DNA from: Vicugna vicugna
Lineage: Eukaryota
Assembly: GCA_013265495.1 (NCBI GenBank)
Contig: MU058423.1
Location: 5,500,745-5,564,744, forward strand
DNA: 64,000 bases
Direction: 5' to 3'
Positions 1-12,518 of this stretch are shown in pieces (the first letter of the stretch is position 1; every line of letters starts with the position of its first letter). The translations under genes were made by a program, and so were the position numbers. The notes below the pieces were generated by a model. It was given only the letters and a program-made list of their open reading frames with translations. It ran no database searches and had not been told where the DNA came from.

Positions 1-477
1 AATATATACTAAAGATTTTTCATTTATACGTTCATTTTCAGTAAATATCTTAATGATATTCATTATATAAAAAGTGAAAAACTAATCACAAGACTTTCTA
101 AAAGAAGGCAAAACTAAAGCAAAGATATTTGACCTATGTCTTCATTTCCCATAAGATAAATTCCAAACCCCTTATGAACAGTGTATTGGAAAAACTGAGA
201 TGAAAGGATAAAAATTTGTGGCCTGGCAGAAGGGTTCAAGAAGCCTGAACCAATGCAGATGCTCTGAAGATAAAACAACGGGATGAATAAGGGAGACACA
301 CTGGTGTAAAGTTTCTGAAGACCGTGTTTCCCCTAGAATTGAAGGACAAAACAATTTTCCACTCCTCACTCTATTTAGGGTAATTTGTTTCATCCCATCC
401 TGGTATCAGTCAAATTCTGTGACTTTTTGTATTTTTGTTTCTGTTTACTGAAAGTCTGAGGCCTTAAAAATCAATAT

Positions 478-810
478 GATATCATTTATATGTGGAATCT
501 AAAGAAAAGGCACAAATAAACTTATTTACAAAACAGAAACAGACTCATAGACATAAACAAACTTATGGTTACCAGAGAGGAAAGGGGGTGGGAAGGGATA
601 AACTGGGAGTTTGAGATTTGCAGATACTAATTACGATATATAAAATAGATAAACAAGCTTATACTGTGTAGTACAGGGTTCTATGTTCAATATAAAGAAA
701 AATAATATGATAAGGAATGTATGTACATATATGTATGACTGAAACACTGTGTTGTACACCAGAAATTAATATAACATTGTAAATTGACTATACTTCAGTT
801 TAAAAAAAAA
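478..810 (+). mobile_element. 5'-truncated LINE-1 3'UTR with A-tail (artiodactyl/camelid type)
   Basis: ATGTGGAATCTAAA...ACAGAAACAGACTCATAGACATA...TTGACTATACTTCA followed by an A-run; imperfect TSD aaaa(t)caatat on both sides. Confidence 0.9.
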
Positions 811-1184
811 CAATATCTAGTTAACAACTTAGGCAATCAAGATTTTATCTTCACATAGGCATTGTCTTCCCTGTTTAAAGTTCTTTCCTCTCTCATTTAC
901 CCTGGGTCTGAGGGAAACGTCAGGCAACATTATCATGCAAGGAAAGGGTTCGTGTGCGTTTGGGCCCCGGTCCTTCTCTGTTGATTAACGTCATCAACTT
1001 CTGTTTTGGAGAGGACCTCCAATCACTGGTTAAAAGTCTGTAGATAGTCTGGTGTAGATCATACTTGGCAGAAATCCCTGGGAGAATCAGCTGGATGTAC
1101 TTTCTGACACCGTGTGTCAGGGTCACGATGGCCCCATTTCTTTGTCCCATGCTGAGATGGTCTCTGAGAAGTGGACAGACTCAC

Positions 1185-1396
1185 TTTTATGAAACCCCTG
1201 TACCTTCAGGGCTGAGAAGCTGATCGTAACCTGTATCACATAATTTGAGGACATCAGCAGACCGGGGACAAGTGGAAATGGCAACCTGTCCTCTTCCATC
1301 GAATGACACCCCCTGCCATCTCTCTCCTGTTATCTCCCACCTTCCCCTCCATTCAGACAGGATGTGTAATACAGAGACTGCCTCTCTGAATTCCAC
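1185..1396 (-). other. candidate internal exon, probably non-coding or 5'UTR
   Basis: Minus-strand acceptor gctaactttcccttcctag|G (branch-like CTAAC plus pyrimidine tract) and donor AAA|GTGAGT at 1184, in unique sequence. Confidence 0.35.
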
Positions 1397-2699
1397 CTAG
1401 GAAGGGAAAGTTAGCTGATCTTCCCTGTCCCTTGGACACAAATCATCCAGTGGGGAAACCTTCTCATTTCCCACCCAGCATTCTATCTAGGCTAAAGAAT
1501 GAGCCTTCTTTTATGTGCAACGAATTCCTACTTTGAGTTTTATTCTCGTGTGGATGAAAAGAACGATAATAAAGTGGCATGCTTCAATTAATATTTAGTG
1601 AAAGTAATTTATCACTTTGAATAGTATTCCAGTACTGAGATAAAATGACAGCATTGCTTCCCCTGTGTTTTTTGAGAAGAATTGTAGATTCAGATTTATC
1701 TGAATATGATTTCCCCTTTCCATCATCCTCTCCATTGGTATTCTCACTGGACTGCCTTATCCTCTCTTCTCACATAATAACGTGGAATGATCAAGGGAAA
1801 TCCTTTTTGTTGAGGCTCAACATCCTAAACCAGGATATTGAGCACAATTGAAATTTAAATGTGATGATGTGCTAGTATATGGAGATGATGGAGATGGGAC
1901 AGGACTGCTAATGGTTAACCCCTCCTTAGCAGGTTTATTTGGCAGGTGTTTGTCTTCACAGAAGGTGAGTTTTATTTAGTCTTGACTTATTGGGCCTGAA
2001 ATTGTTAGAAACACTTCAGGGAACTCAGCTCCCTGCTGTTCAAATGGCAAGGCTCAGTAAATGAGCTCCTTACGTAGATGTAGCACATGATGCTTTAGAC
2101 GGCACGATTACATTTTAAAACCTTATAAAAAAAAATAGAAGAAGAAGAAAGAAAAAAAATCACAGGACCAGGTTTTCAAATGAAAATTAGTATCAGTAGT
2201 TCACAGGAGAAACAAATAATTTGTGAAGCTTTATCATGAAGACATTTGGGATCCTTAACCATCTCACTTTTTAATACTTAATGTCTTAATCCTCCATTAA
2301 TATCATCATATTTGGATGTGTTAGGACATACCAATTTATTCAGACTTAACAGAATCAATTAGGTATTCTGAAATAATTTATATTTAATGTTTGATGGTAA
2401 CAAATACGACCTCCTTGAGAATAGCTGAATCCATATGTACGTTTTAGCACTGCTTAAACTAAAAAAGGAAAAGGTGAAATAGTTAACTACAGTGCACAGA
2501 AATATAAACATTTATGACACTGAATGTGGAATTACATCAAATAATTCAATTGGAAACATGTCCTTAACAAAGATCAGAAAAGTTTCTGAAATATTTTTTT
2601 TTTAAATATAGCTCATTTTGCCTCATTGAGAATGGAGGCAGAATAAGTTCTTTACTTGGATAAATAAGTAAAAAAATCATGTGACTCATTTTATGCCTA

Positions 2700-4150
2700 T
2701 TTTTTAAACCATCATCATTATGGTATAACTGACATCTGACAAACGGCATGTGTTTTAAGTGCACCACTTGGTGCTATGGCATGTGTATATCCCCATGGAA
2801 CTATCACCACAATAAAGATGCTAAGCATGAACGTCATATAAGCAGCTTCTGGCAGGAAAGAGCTCTCTACAGGAGGCCACTTTGTCTTGTCACTCATCTC
2901 AAGCCAGGCACCCCCATGTTCTACTCACCTCCAGCCCTAGCACACCTTTCAAATCTTTGGATCACTCAATACCTTCCCTAACCTGTTCATTCTTTCTATA
3001 GATCAAAGAAGTAGAAATGAAGACTAAGTAATTAACAGATGACCAGATCTCTTCTCTAGCTTCCCCTTCAGTTATCTCAGGAACAACCTGTGAACAAGAT
3101 AGCATCTAAGGAAAGATCACAAGAAGTTGACGAGCCTGCATGCAGTAGGGGATAGCGATGCCTCTGACCCCCTATCTCAGTGATTAAATGAAGTTACTTC
3201 CCGTTTTCCTTTAAAAACTTTCATGGCCAAGCAGAATCTCAGTGTTTTGAGGGGCGCTGAGGCCATTATCTCCCCAGATTGCTGGCATTCTGATTAAAAG
3301 CAACTTTTCCTTTCCACCAACATTTCCATCTCTCTCTCAGGTACTGATTTTCCTGCAGTGAGCAGCCTGTCTCGAGTTAGGTAACAATCACTCCCCACAC
3401 CCTGTGTAATCTTTTCCTCCCTCACATCTCCATCCCTCCGGCCACACCCCTGGGAAACTATTAACCTTTTTAATTATCCCACAGTTTGCATTTCCTTATT
3501 TTATATAAATAGAACTACACGGTATCTAGTTTATTTGTCCGGATTCCATCATTTAGCATAATTATATTTCACATACTCGACAGTGGTGTTTGAGTCCCTC
3601 CTCTCCAACAGTTATTACAGTCAGTCTTTTAAATTTAGCCATTCAAGTACGTATGTTACTGTACCTCACTGGGGTTTTAATTTGAATTTCCCTCATGACT
3701 AGTATTGCTGAGTCTCTTTCAAGTGCTTATGTATCATCTGAATATATATGTTCTTTGATAAAACATCTTCAAATAATTTGCCCATTTTTAAGGTGGCATT
3801 CTTTTTTCTTATTATTGACTTTTGAGAGTTCTTTACATACTCAGGATACAAGCCTTTTATCAGATAAATTATCAGCACTTTTTAAATAGTCTGTGGCTTA
3901 CCTTTCATTCTCTTAACACCCTGTTCAAGAAAAGAAGTTTTTAATTTTGATGAAATCTAATTTTTCAATTTGTTACTTGCCTAATCCAATCTAAGGTCAC
4001 AAAGGTTGCTCCTATGTCTCTTCAGAAGTTTCAGAATTTTAGATTTTACATTAAGTTCTACGTTCCATTTGTAGTTAAAAAAAATTGTATATTTGGAGGC
4101 AGAAAACAAAGTTTATTTTACTTTATACTTTGCAAATGTATGTCCAATAG
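2700..4150 (-). mobile_element. old L1 (L1MB/L1MC-like) 3' region, split by an LTR
   Basis: Typical antisense L1 3' text (caccacaataaagat...atcactcccc; ttagccattc; ttttaattttgatgaaatctaa) that continues across the LTR. Confidence 0.8.
2831..3386 (+). mobile_element. solo LTR, ERV1-like
   Basis: About 555 bp insert in the L1; TTTAAAAA TATA-like box, ATTAAA poly(A) signal, ends GAGCAGCC...GGTAACA as many ERV1 LTRs do. Confidence 0.7.
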
Positions 4151-4179
4151 AAGAATCTCTGCCTTTTCCTTGGTATACT

Positions 4180-4985
4180 GAAGTGATTTACATTTAATGT
4201 AATTACAGATAAGATCAGGCTTAAATCTGTCATCTGACTGGTTTCAATTTATCTTAGCTCTTCTTGATTTTCTTTTTCCTTTTACATTTTTCTTTTGGGG
4301 AAGAAATTGTATAATTTCATCATAAATTATATAATTCCATTTGCTAGCTTAGCAGCTATAACTTTTTTTGTTATTTTAGTGATTGCTTTTATGCTTTATA
4401 GTATGCATCTTTATCTTATAAGCTCAGTTCAAGAGATGTATATCACTTAACCTCTAGTTTATAACCTTATCCTGGTACACTTCCACATCTTCCCACCCCA
4501 ACTCTGAGGTCACGTCATACATTTCACACAATACATTGTTATTATCTGTGTTTAGTTATCTTTTAAATATATTTAAATGGGAAAAACATCTCATATAAAT
4601 TACCAATAAAGTCATTATTTTTGATTCTATTCTAAGAGTAGATCCATATTCTCATCTAGTATTATTTTGCATGTTCCTGACGGAATTTTTTTTAAATCTT
4701 AAAGTATGAGTCTGCTTATGATGTACTGTTTCAACTTCTGAAAGTCTGAAAATATCATTATTCTGATTTCTTTCTGAAAGATATTTTTCTCAACATAAAA
4801 GTCTGTGTTGCCAGGTTTTATTCATTACTTTAAAGAGGCTGCCCCCATCTCCTTCCGCTTGCACGGCTTCCAGTGAAAAGTCTGTTGTCGTCTCTATCTT
4901 GGTTTGTGTTTTTTCTTTAGATGTTTTTAATATCTCTGTATCACAGATTTCGGTCATTATGATGAACCTTGGTGTAGTTTTCTTA
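4180..4985 (-). mobile_element. ancient L1M fragment (ORF1/inter-ORF region)
   Basis: tttacatttaatgtaatta...gaaaagtctgttgtc...ttatgatgaaccttggtgtagtt resembles antisense old L1. Confidence 0.6.
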
Positions 4986-5004
4986 AAAGGTCTCTTTTTC
5001 ATAC

Positions 5005-5490
5005 ATTATCTCCCTGCTTCTGCCCTTACTTCAGTCAGTCTCTTCGAAGCACAGCAGCTAGATTATCATTATTTAAATCTGAAGCCAGGTACTACACTCT
5101 TCTTTTCAACACACAATTTATTTAGTGTAAAAGTCAACATGTTGACAATGGCATACAAAGCAAACTGTGGACCTGCTTCTCCATCACCTCTTTGCCCTTA
5201 TACTTCTCAGCTCTCCTCACTTTCTCTGCTCCCAGCACACCTGCCTCTGATGCTTCCTCTGTCTAAAATATATATCCTTAATATCACGTACATATGTCCT
5301 TGCCCAAAAACCCCTTTTCTATAGGCCTATGCTGCTATCCTATCTAATAATTCTCCATTGCTTCTATAGATAGGTAAATGTGAAAATTTTAACCTACTGT
5401 AATATATAGTCTACCAAGAGGAGGACTGTCTTTTCTGTTTTGTTCATGGACATTTTCTTATAGTAGGCATTCAAAAAATGGACAAATAAA
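5005..5490 (+). mobile_element. LINE-2 3' fragment
   Basis: ctccctgcttctgccctt...cacagcagctaga...tagtaggcattcaaaaaatg (L2 3' end). Confidence 0.7.
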
Positions 5491-5574
5491 GAATACAGTC
5501 TCTTGGACTATCTAGTTGCAATGTGGGCTTTCCATTCTAAGATACTTCCAGACATGCTTTTTGCTAGTATCCAA

Positions 5575-5960
5575 AAAAAATTAAAACTTGAGTAAAGAAA
5601 AATAAAAGAGAATAATAAAAAAAATTAAAATATAATTATATCAAACTATGAGAAAATTGATTAATGTAAGAACTAATAGCATTATAAGAAGAAACAAAAC
5701 TAAATATAATAATGTATTGCATTTAATAACAAAATTGTTACTGACATATGATGACTATAATATACAATATAAAATATATAAAAGGTAAAAGCAAAGATAT
5801 GAGTATAAAAGATAAATCTAAAATTTAAAAATAAAATTTAAATATTAGCACTAAAAGAGTAAGAGTAGTTTATAAGTATATAAAAATAAAGAACATTAAA
5901 ATTTTAAGAATTTAAAACAATAATAAGTCATAACAAATCAAAATTATTTGAGTTTAATAA
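5575..5960. repeat. A/T-rich low-complexity tract
   Basis: Strongly A/T-biased composition with few C/G. Confidence 0.7.
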
Positions 5961-7369
5961 CCCAGATAATGTTTGTGAGTCACCATAATCACTGGCTGTA
6001 ATTGTAGGTTTTAAATTCTCATTGTTGTATAATATTCCACTGCATGAATCACCACTATATATATATATAACTATATTTATTCATATTACTGTAAATGAAT
6101 TTTGCATCTTTTTAAATATAAATTAAGGCACATTAGTATTGAGGAAATTCAGTATTATAATAAATCAGTATTGATATTGCCAAGTTGTTAGTGATCTTAA
6201 AGTAGCTAAGAAGGCCTTTTGGGATTTGGATCTCTGTACAGTTTCTAATGCAGAACTCATCTTAAAAATCTACTAAAATACAGCATAGATTAGTGTTGAC
6301 GAAATAATTAATTAAATGTGTACACATTAGAAGAAAATGATTGAGAGGGACCAAATGCAGAGACTCGTAAACCTAAATATACCAGAATTATGCATTCAAT
6401 ACACATCTGAGGAGATGCTGGTATACAGAGTAAAGGTAGATGAAAACTTACTGTAGTATAAACAGATGACTTCAGTCATCTAGTGAGAGAAGAAAATTAT
6501 TTGGTTTGACAGAATGACAGTTGTGAACCTTGGGCCAACCATGTCACCGTGAATGATCAAGGTAGGAGTTTTGGGTGTTCAATATAAATGAAAAGACTTT
6601 AGCCAAATATAAAGTTTTGGTAGGCAGGTCAAGGTTGAGATCTACAAACTGAAAAGGCTGAGGAAGTGTGCTAGTGTTAAGCAGACTGGAGATCTTTGTG
6701 AATATCTGTCAAATTGAGACAGAGTTGGGAAAGATGGTGGGGAAATTCAGAATATGCTAACTAGAACTGGAATTCATAGAAGAGTTCATAAAGAGTGTAG
6801 AGGAAAGAGAAATATTAAGTCAGATTTTTCAGTTGAAATCAGCCACTGGGGAATGCGCATAGGCCAGAGTTTCCAGGATAGGAATAAATGGTCACATTAC
6901 AGTTTAACTAGAGGTATGGCCCTTGATTCTAGAATACAGCATTTCTTTCATTTTTCCCCCTACTTTGGATTTTAAATTCCTTCCTGGAGTGAGGCACAAG
7001 ATATAAAGGTTTTGACAGTTTATCTTATTTGGCCCATCAAATCTGAACAAGGCAGGTGATTTTGGCAGAAAGCTGAAATTTTGTAAAACTTGATTTTAAC
7101 CTGCCTGTGCTTGGCTTCCTCTGAGATAATTTTTTTTTTTTTTTTGAGAACAGGGAAATGACGGTTTAAACTGCACTACCTTCCATAATCTCCACTAGAC
7201 CTAACGGTGAGCAATGTGTACTTTCTCTGCTACTTCTCTACCCTGCATCCCCCTTCTTCACCAGCACATTGGGAAGAAAACATTGGAAAGGAGCAAATAA
7301 AACTTAATTCACTGCTGCTGCTGCTGCTGTACTTTTGGCTATCAGGCATAGCTTGACCTTAAATTAGAA

Positions 7370-7480
7370 AGTGCTGGTGGTTGTGCAACTCTGAGCATAC
7401 CAAAAACCACCAAACTACACATTCTAAAAGGGTGAATTGTATAACTATAGCTCAAAGTTGTTCCTTTAAAAAAAAAAAAA
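7370..7480 (+). mobile_element. L1 (L1MB-like) extreme 3' end with A-tail
   Basis: ggtggttgtgcaactctg...aaaaaccacc...aaagggtgaatt followed by poly(A). Confidence 0.7.
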
Positions 7481-7623
7481 GAATGGTCTGTCTGGAAATC
7501 AGCATTTTTTTTTTTTTTACTTTTTTGTCCTTTTAAAAATGCAAGAAAAGGTTCCAAAAATTTTGGTAATTTCCATATATTTCCAATAAATACCTATATA
7601 TAGAATGATAGGCATCTAAATAA

Positions 7624-7663
7624 CTTCTGATCCAGACTCAGATGCATTATCCATTGCGCCACT
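7624..7663 (-). pseudogene. tRNA-Arg(ACG)-derived fragment (D-arm to variable loop), non-functional
   Basis: Minus strand AGTGGCGCAATGGATAATGCATCTGAGTCTGGATCAGAAG versus mammalian tRNA-Arg-ACG AGTGGCGCAATGGATAACGCGTCTGACTACGGATCAGAAG; differences include CpG-decay changes; no intact T-arm or acceptor stem. Confidence 0.75.
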
Positions 7664-7838
7664 AAATAGATTAAAAAAATTTCTTCTGGATAGCACAGGG
7701 AACTATATTCAATAACTTGTAATAACCTTTAATAAAAATGAATATGAAAATGAATATATGTATGCATGACAACTGAGACATTGTGCTGTACATCAGAAAC
7801 TGACATGCTACAACTGACTATACTTCAATTAAAAAAAA
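7664..7838 (+). mobile_element. short 5'-truncated L1 3'UTR
   Basis: atagcacagggaactatattcaata...aactgactatacttcaatt plus A-run; same family as 478-810. Confidence 0.85.
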
Positions 7839-8300
7839 TTAAGAAACATTTCCATTTACACCACAATAGGAATAAAATACTATGGAATAAATTTAACCAC
7901 GAATGTGGAAGGCCTGTACACTGAAAATAAAACATTGTTGAAAGAAGTTCAAGAAGACACAAAGAAATGGAAATATATTTCATGCTCGTGGACTGAAAAA
8001 AATTATTTAAATATCCATTTTACCTAAAGCAATCTACAAATTCAACGTAACTTCTATCAAACTTCCAACAATATTTTTCACAGAAATAGAAAAAAATTAA
8101 ATTTTTTATGAAACCACAAAAGACGACAAATAGCCAAAGCAAAGAACAAAGTGGAAGGTATCACACTGCCTGATTTCAAACAATATTATAACCCTATAGT
8201 GATCAAAACAGCATGGTACTGACTGAAAAACAGATGCACACATCAATGGAACGGAATTTGGGAGCCCAGAAATAAATCCACATATATTCACATATCTTTG
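7839..8300 (+). mobile_element. L1 ORF2 fragment, degraded
   Basis: ggaataaatttaacc...aagcaatctacaaattcaa...atcaaaacagcatggtactg...cccagaaataaatcca. Confidence 0.85.
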
Positions 8301-8935
8301 TAAAAAGTAAACAAACCAAGTGAAGTTCTTGATCTTTTGGATCATGCAGTCTAACAATAAGGACAGAGCACAATGAAATACATGTGTTATTGCATGATGT
8401 CCTCAGGTATAATCATATGAAGAAAGAGATTTGGTATAAATACGAGCAGGATTCACAGAACATGGTCTGGAGACACCTTTGCATGTTGGACGAAGTCCAG
8501 AACCAGAATTAGAGTGTGCCCACCAGATTTGTTAAAAAGGAGATCACAACCCAAAGCCCAAGAGTCACAAAGAAAGCATTCCACATGAGAAAGCGAGAAA
8601 AGGACTTAAGGGGTTCGCTTCGTCCCCTCTCAGAACATATAAACCAACTGGTCAAGTAAAACATGGAATAAACATGGGAAAAATAAATTTTCTAATCCTT
8701 GAATTTAAAATGCCCAGCTTTTGGTGTCCTTTGTGTACCTCCTTCTGTTAAGTGTTGATTTACCCCTTTCCTCATTATTTTTTCCTTGGGGTATCCAATA
8801 CGTAAGGTGTTTGACACAATAAAGAGATTGCACTACTTTTGTTTTTAGGCAAACTTAAAAAAATAAATGAATAAATAACTTCTCTCCAGATTGGGATTAA
8901 TCTGGAAGAATATTAAGCATTTTTTTCCTACTCAC

Positions 8936-9005
8936 CTATTTTTCTCTTATAGCTTCTGTGGGAAATGGCTGCCGACTTAGGAACCACTATTTGATGTAAA
9001 GCCTC
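8936..9005 (-). other. candidate 70-nt exon
   Basis: Acceptor ttcattttctcag|G and donor AG|GTGAGT at 8935 on the minus strand, in non-repeat sequence. Confidence 0.3.
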
Positions 9006-9119
9006 CTGAGAAAATGAACTACTGGACACATTCTCACCACTTCACATTCATAGTTACTAAACAAAAGTGTGCCCTTAAAACTGCCTAGACGTCTATTTTG
9101 TACATCCTTAAGTCAACTG

Positions 9120-10450
9120 TCTTTTCCATTCCCCACAATTACTACTGCAAGAATTTACTACCATTTTCTAGTTTACAACCCATAATCCACTGTCCCCTCC
9201 ATTAGAAGATGGTCCTGTCTTCTGTTACACAGAAAGTAAGCAAAGCCATCAAAACACCTCTAGTGTCTTTCCGACTAACTCATCTGAAGCTACAACGTGC
9301 TTTCCTTCTGTATTCTTTATGCCAATAGAAGAGTTATGTCTCCTTGGAGTCTCTTTCTTCACCAGCACTCTGGAGTCCCTAACTTGTTATCTACACAAGG
9401 AATCTAAATCCAAAACTTGTCTTTTCTTTTTCCATCTTCATCTCATTCTCCAAGTTTAACTGCTTTACTGAATCAATATTAAAATACTTTAATAATTTTC
9501 ACCTTTAAATGGACAGTCTTCTCTCTTACCACTTCTGCCAGGAATCCCCCTCTCTCCACATGTTTAGAGTCAAACATTTTGAAACAGTTTAAGCTTTTAG
9601 CTTTAATGTCATCACGTCTAACAGTTCCCCAATCAGCAAAGGATTCCAATCCTATCACTCCCTGGAAATTTTGTCACAGAACAAACTAATAAGTCTATCA
9701 TCTCGCCTCACTCAATAAATCACTACGTAGTTTTAATGCGACGTCATCAATACTTCTGATATTAATCTGACTTTTTCCATTCCTCCTACCACTGTCTCAG
9801 CTGGGCTACAGTTAATTTTCACCTAGAAAATTACCATAGTTGAGCTTTGTTTTTTGTTTTTCTTTAATCATTAAACTAGCTCGCTTTCAAACTATTATCC
9901 ACAAGGCCATCAAAGTGGACTTTCAATAAAGCAAATTATCAACACGTCTCCTCTTTTCATGGTTCATTCACTATTTTCCTTCAAATGACGTTATCAACCC
10001 TTAAGTGTGATAAACAAGGCCCTCGGAGATCTATCTTGCTAACTTCTCCAGCCTCAGCTCAGCCTGTCCCTTTCTCACATTATGCATTAGCTATAATGAA
10101 TACCTTCCAGAGCTTTTAAAATACGGTGTAACTTACTTCCACACAGGCCCACTCCTCCCCCTCCTCTGCTAGCGTGACAGTGCCTGCTGGTAGCTCCCAC
10201 TCCTCTTTAGTAATGTGAGTTAAATATCACACCTAAGGGCATTCTTCCTTGATGATTGGCTTTTTTTGTTTTGTTTTCAAAGTTTCCTATATTTCCTCCT
10301 TCATAACTTTAATTACAATTTATTTTTATTTTAAAATGTCCATTTTTTCCATAAATGATAAACTTGTTGAAGGCCAAAGTGGTACTATCTTTTCTCCAGT
10401 ATATCCCAACCGCTACCATAATTACTGAAATCCAATATAAATGTCCTAAT
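9120..10450 (+). mobile_element. LINE-2, highly diverged
   Basis: Pyrimidine-rich L2-like text ending aaacttgttgaaggcc...tatatccca. Confidence 0.55.
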
Positions 10451-10507
10451 GAAAAAGAGGAAGTGGCCAAAGTCTAGGCAGAAAACCTGCCCAGCTCTGA
10501 AACTCAC

Positions 10508-10600
10508 CTTTCAGAATGTTTTGGGGGTTTTTTCTTCTGCCTATCGTCATCTTAGGTGTGAAGAGGGTCTGGGTGAAGAAGCCAGGTCAGAAGAGCCGAT
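10508..10600 (-). other. candidate first exon
   Basis: Starts about 25 nt below the CATAAAAG box and ends at AAG|GTGAGT (GT at 10507). Confidence 0.3.
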
Positions 10601-10617
10601 GTAAACCCCGCTGGAGT

Positions 10618-10655
10618 CTTTTATGTGCTGTGCCCACAGCCTCCCCACCCCGGCT
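10618..10655 (-). promoter_or_regulatory. candidate Pol II core promoter (GGGGTGGGG Sp/KLF box plus CATAAAAG TATA variant)
   Basis: Minus strand ccGGGGTGGGGaggctgtgggcacagcaCATAAAAG; local CpG retention. Confidence 0.3.
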
Positions 10656-10674
10656 CTTCCTCCCGTCCATGTGT

Positions 10675-10845
10675 GGCAGCTTTCCTCAGGGCAGCCTGGG
10701 GACCCCTGCATCAGAATCACCTGGGATGATTGTTAACTCAAAATCCCTGACCTCATTCTAGCTCCCGAATCAGACTCCCTGAAAAGGACCCTGGAATCTG
10801 ATTCTCAAATAAACGCCTCAAGTGATCATTATGCACTCCACATGA
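10675..10845. mobile_element. MER5-type hAT-Charlie DNA transposon relic
   Basis: ctgcatcagaatcacctggga...gaatcagactc...ggaatctg...caagtgat...tatgcac. Confidence 0.7.
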
Positions 10846-12500
10846 GAAGGGGAGGAAAAAAAAAAAAGATGGTTACTGTATTTTCTGAATTTAAGTTGTA
10901 AGTTATAGGAGAATGAAATAGCTTCCACTCAGTTTGAACGGAAATGGTATCCTTAAAACAAGGCTAAGATTTCATTAACCTTTGGAGGAATCCTTTAAGG
11001 GTAAAATGTTTGAGGATTACAGGGGATTCTTAAAGAATGAAGCAGCCTTACAAAGAGTAGAATGAAGAAAGATGAGAATAAAAGAACTTAGAAGAATGAG
11101 TCAGAGGAGAGGAAACAGTAAAGAGTATAAACAACTGTGGAGTATGAGGAATACTTTGTGCTCTTTATTTTACTTTCCCACTCTCATGTAAAAATACAAT
11201 CTTACCTCCTTGGAATTACATTTCTGTAGGTTTTACCTTGGTCCTTGGCTAGCATACTTGGATTTAGGCATTTATAATTTATAAAGCTGAATGAGCTAAT
11301 AATTCTTTGCTTCATATTTGCATTTTACTAATCATCAATATGAATCCTAAATAATACATGGTATGTAAATTTTTCTAAAGATCTACAAATCAAAGATACT
11401 GCGAGCAGAATTTTTTTCATGCTTTTCTTAATTCACACCACACGCGACAGTCTTTTGTGCCTCCACATAAGACTGACCTTGCGCTGAGGGAACATAAACA
11501 AAATTGACTAGTCAGGAAAGCACTTTTTCCAACCATCATAGCTTCCAAAGATGAGTATGTGAGAAGAGCCCACTGATTTCCTCAGGTCATTTCATTAAGT
11601 CAGGTCCCCGTTTTAACACAGCATAGTCACAATATAAGGTGAAGTTTTAGTCTTTCCTGTCTTCAATGGAAAGGGTAAGAGTCGGTGAGCAGCGACATTT
11701 TTAAAAGGAGATAGAATATTATGCTTTAAGCTTGAACAGTACGCTGCTGTATTCAGTCAATTCCCAGAACACCAAATGAGACCAAAGTGGTATTGGGTGG
11801 GGAGCGGAAGAGGGGGGTCTCTCTCCAAAGTGGTGACCTCCTTAGCGTGGAGGGAAAACTGAGCAGACTCGAGCTTTGAAGCACATGATGAGCACCTGAT
11901 GTGAAAGCCTCTGCATGGTGTTTACTCTCCATCCTTTGCGCCCATCTTAAATATTTTCTAGTTCATGTTCGCCTTAGGACACGCACAGGTGCTGGAATTA
12001 CTGCAATAGGATGTCTTCACTATTCTTGTGAAATAAATAAACCCTCAACTATGGAGACTGTTGTCCAGCCACTAATATGAGCATATTAATGCAATCAGAG
12101 TGACTCAGAAGGAAATCTGAGAGTGAGACAGGAAATGACTGAATTTTACTAGACCTTTCCTTTAAATAATCATAGGAAAATGTTTGTGAGAATGTCTATA
12201 AATAATTTCTAACATCTATACAAATTCACAAGCACAGAGAGAACATTTTGAACCCTTATCTGAATTTTTCAGTTTTAAAAGCTTTATGTATTCCTATGTA
12301 TATGTCCATATGTATGTATTTATTTACAGCTGTAGTTACTTGGGTGTTTGTAAAATACAGGCTAAAATTCTGATCTGATTTTTTTAGCAAAACACCCACA
12401 TATTCTAGTTAACTTATTTAAGTAATCAACTTCTAAAATAACTTTTTATTAGTATTATTATACATATCTACCCTCTATCTATCTATCCATCTTTATTGTA

Positions 12501-12518
12501 CACACACACACACACACA
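12501..12518. repeat. (CA)9 microsatellite
   Basis: Seen directly. Confidence 0.95.

Noticed and set aside
920..1396. Two adjacent minus-strand ORFs (920-1150 and 1187-1396) as a gene or pseudogene
   Set aside because: No recognisable domain in any frame; kept only as a candidate non-coding exon
1955..1975. Strong plus-strand donor AAG|GTGAGT
   Set aside because: No convincing linked exon chain; it shows that such motifs can occur in isolation
7312..7329. (CTG)6 as a coding polyQ/polyL tract
   Set aside because: Short and not within any supported exon
8608..8630. Small hairpin agggg-ttcgcttcgt-cccct as a tRNA T-arm or terminator
   Set aside because: 5-bp stem only, no tRNA context; expected by chance
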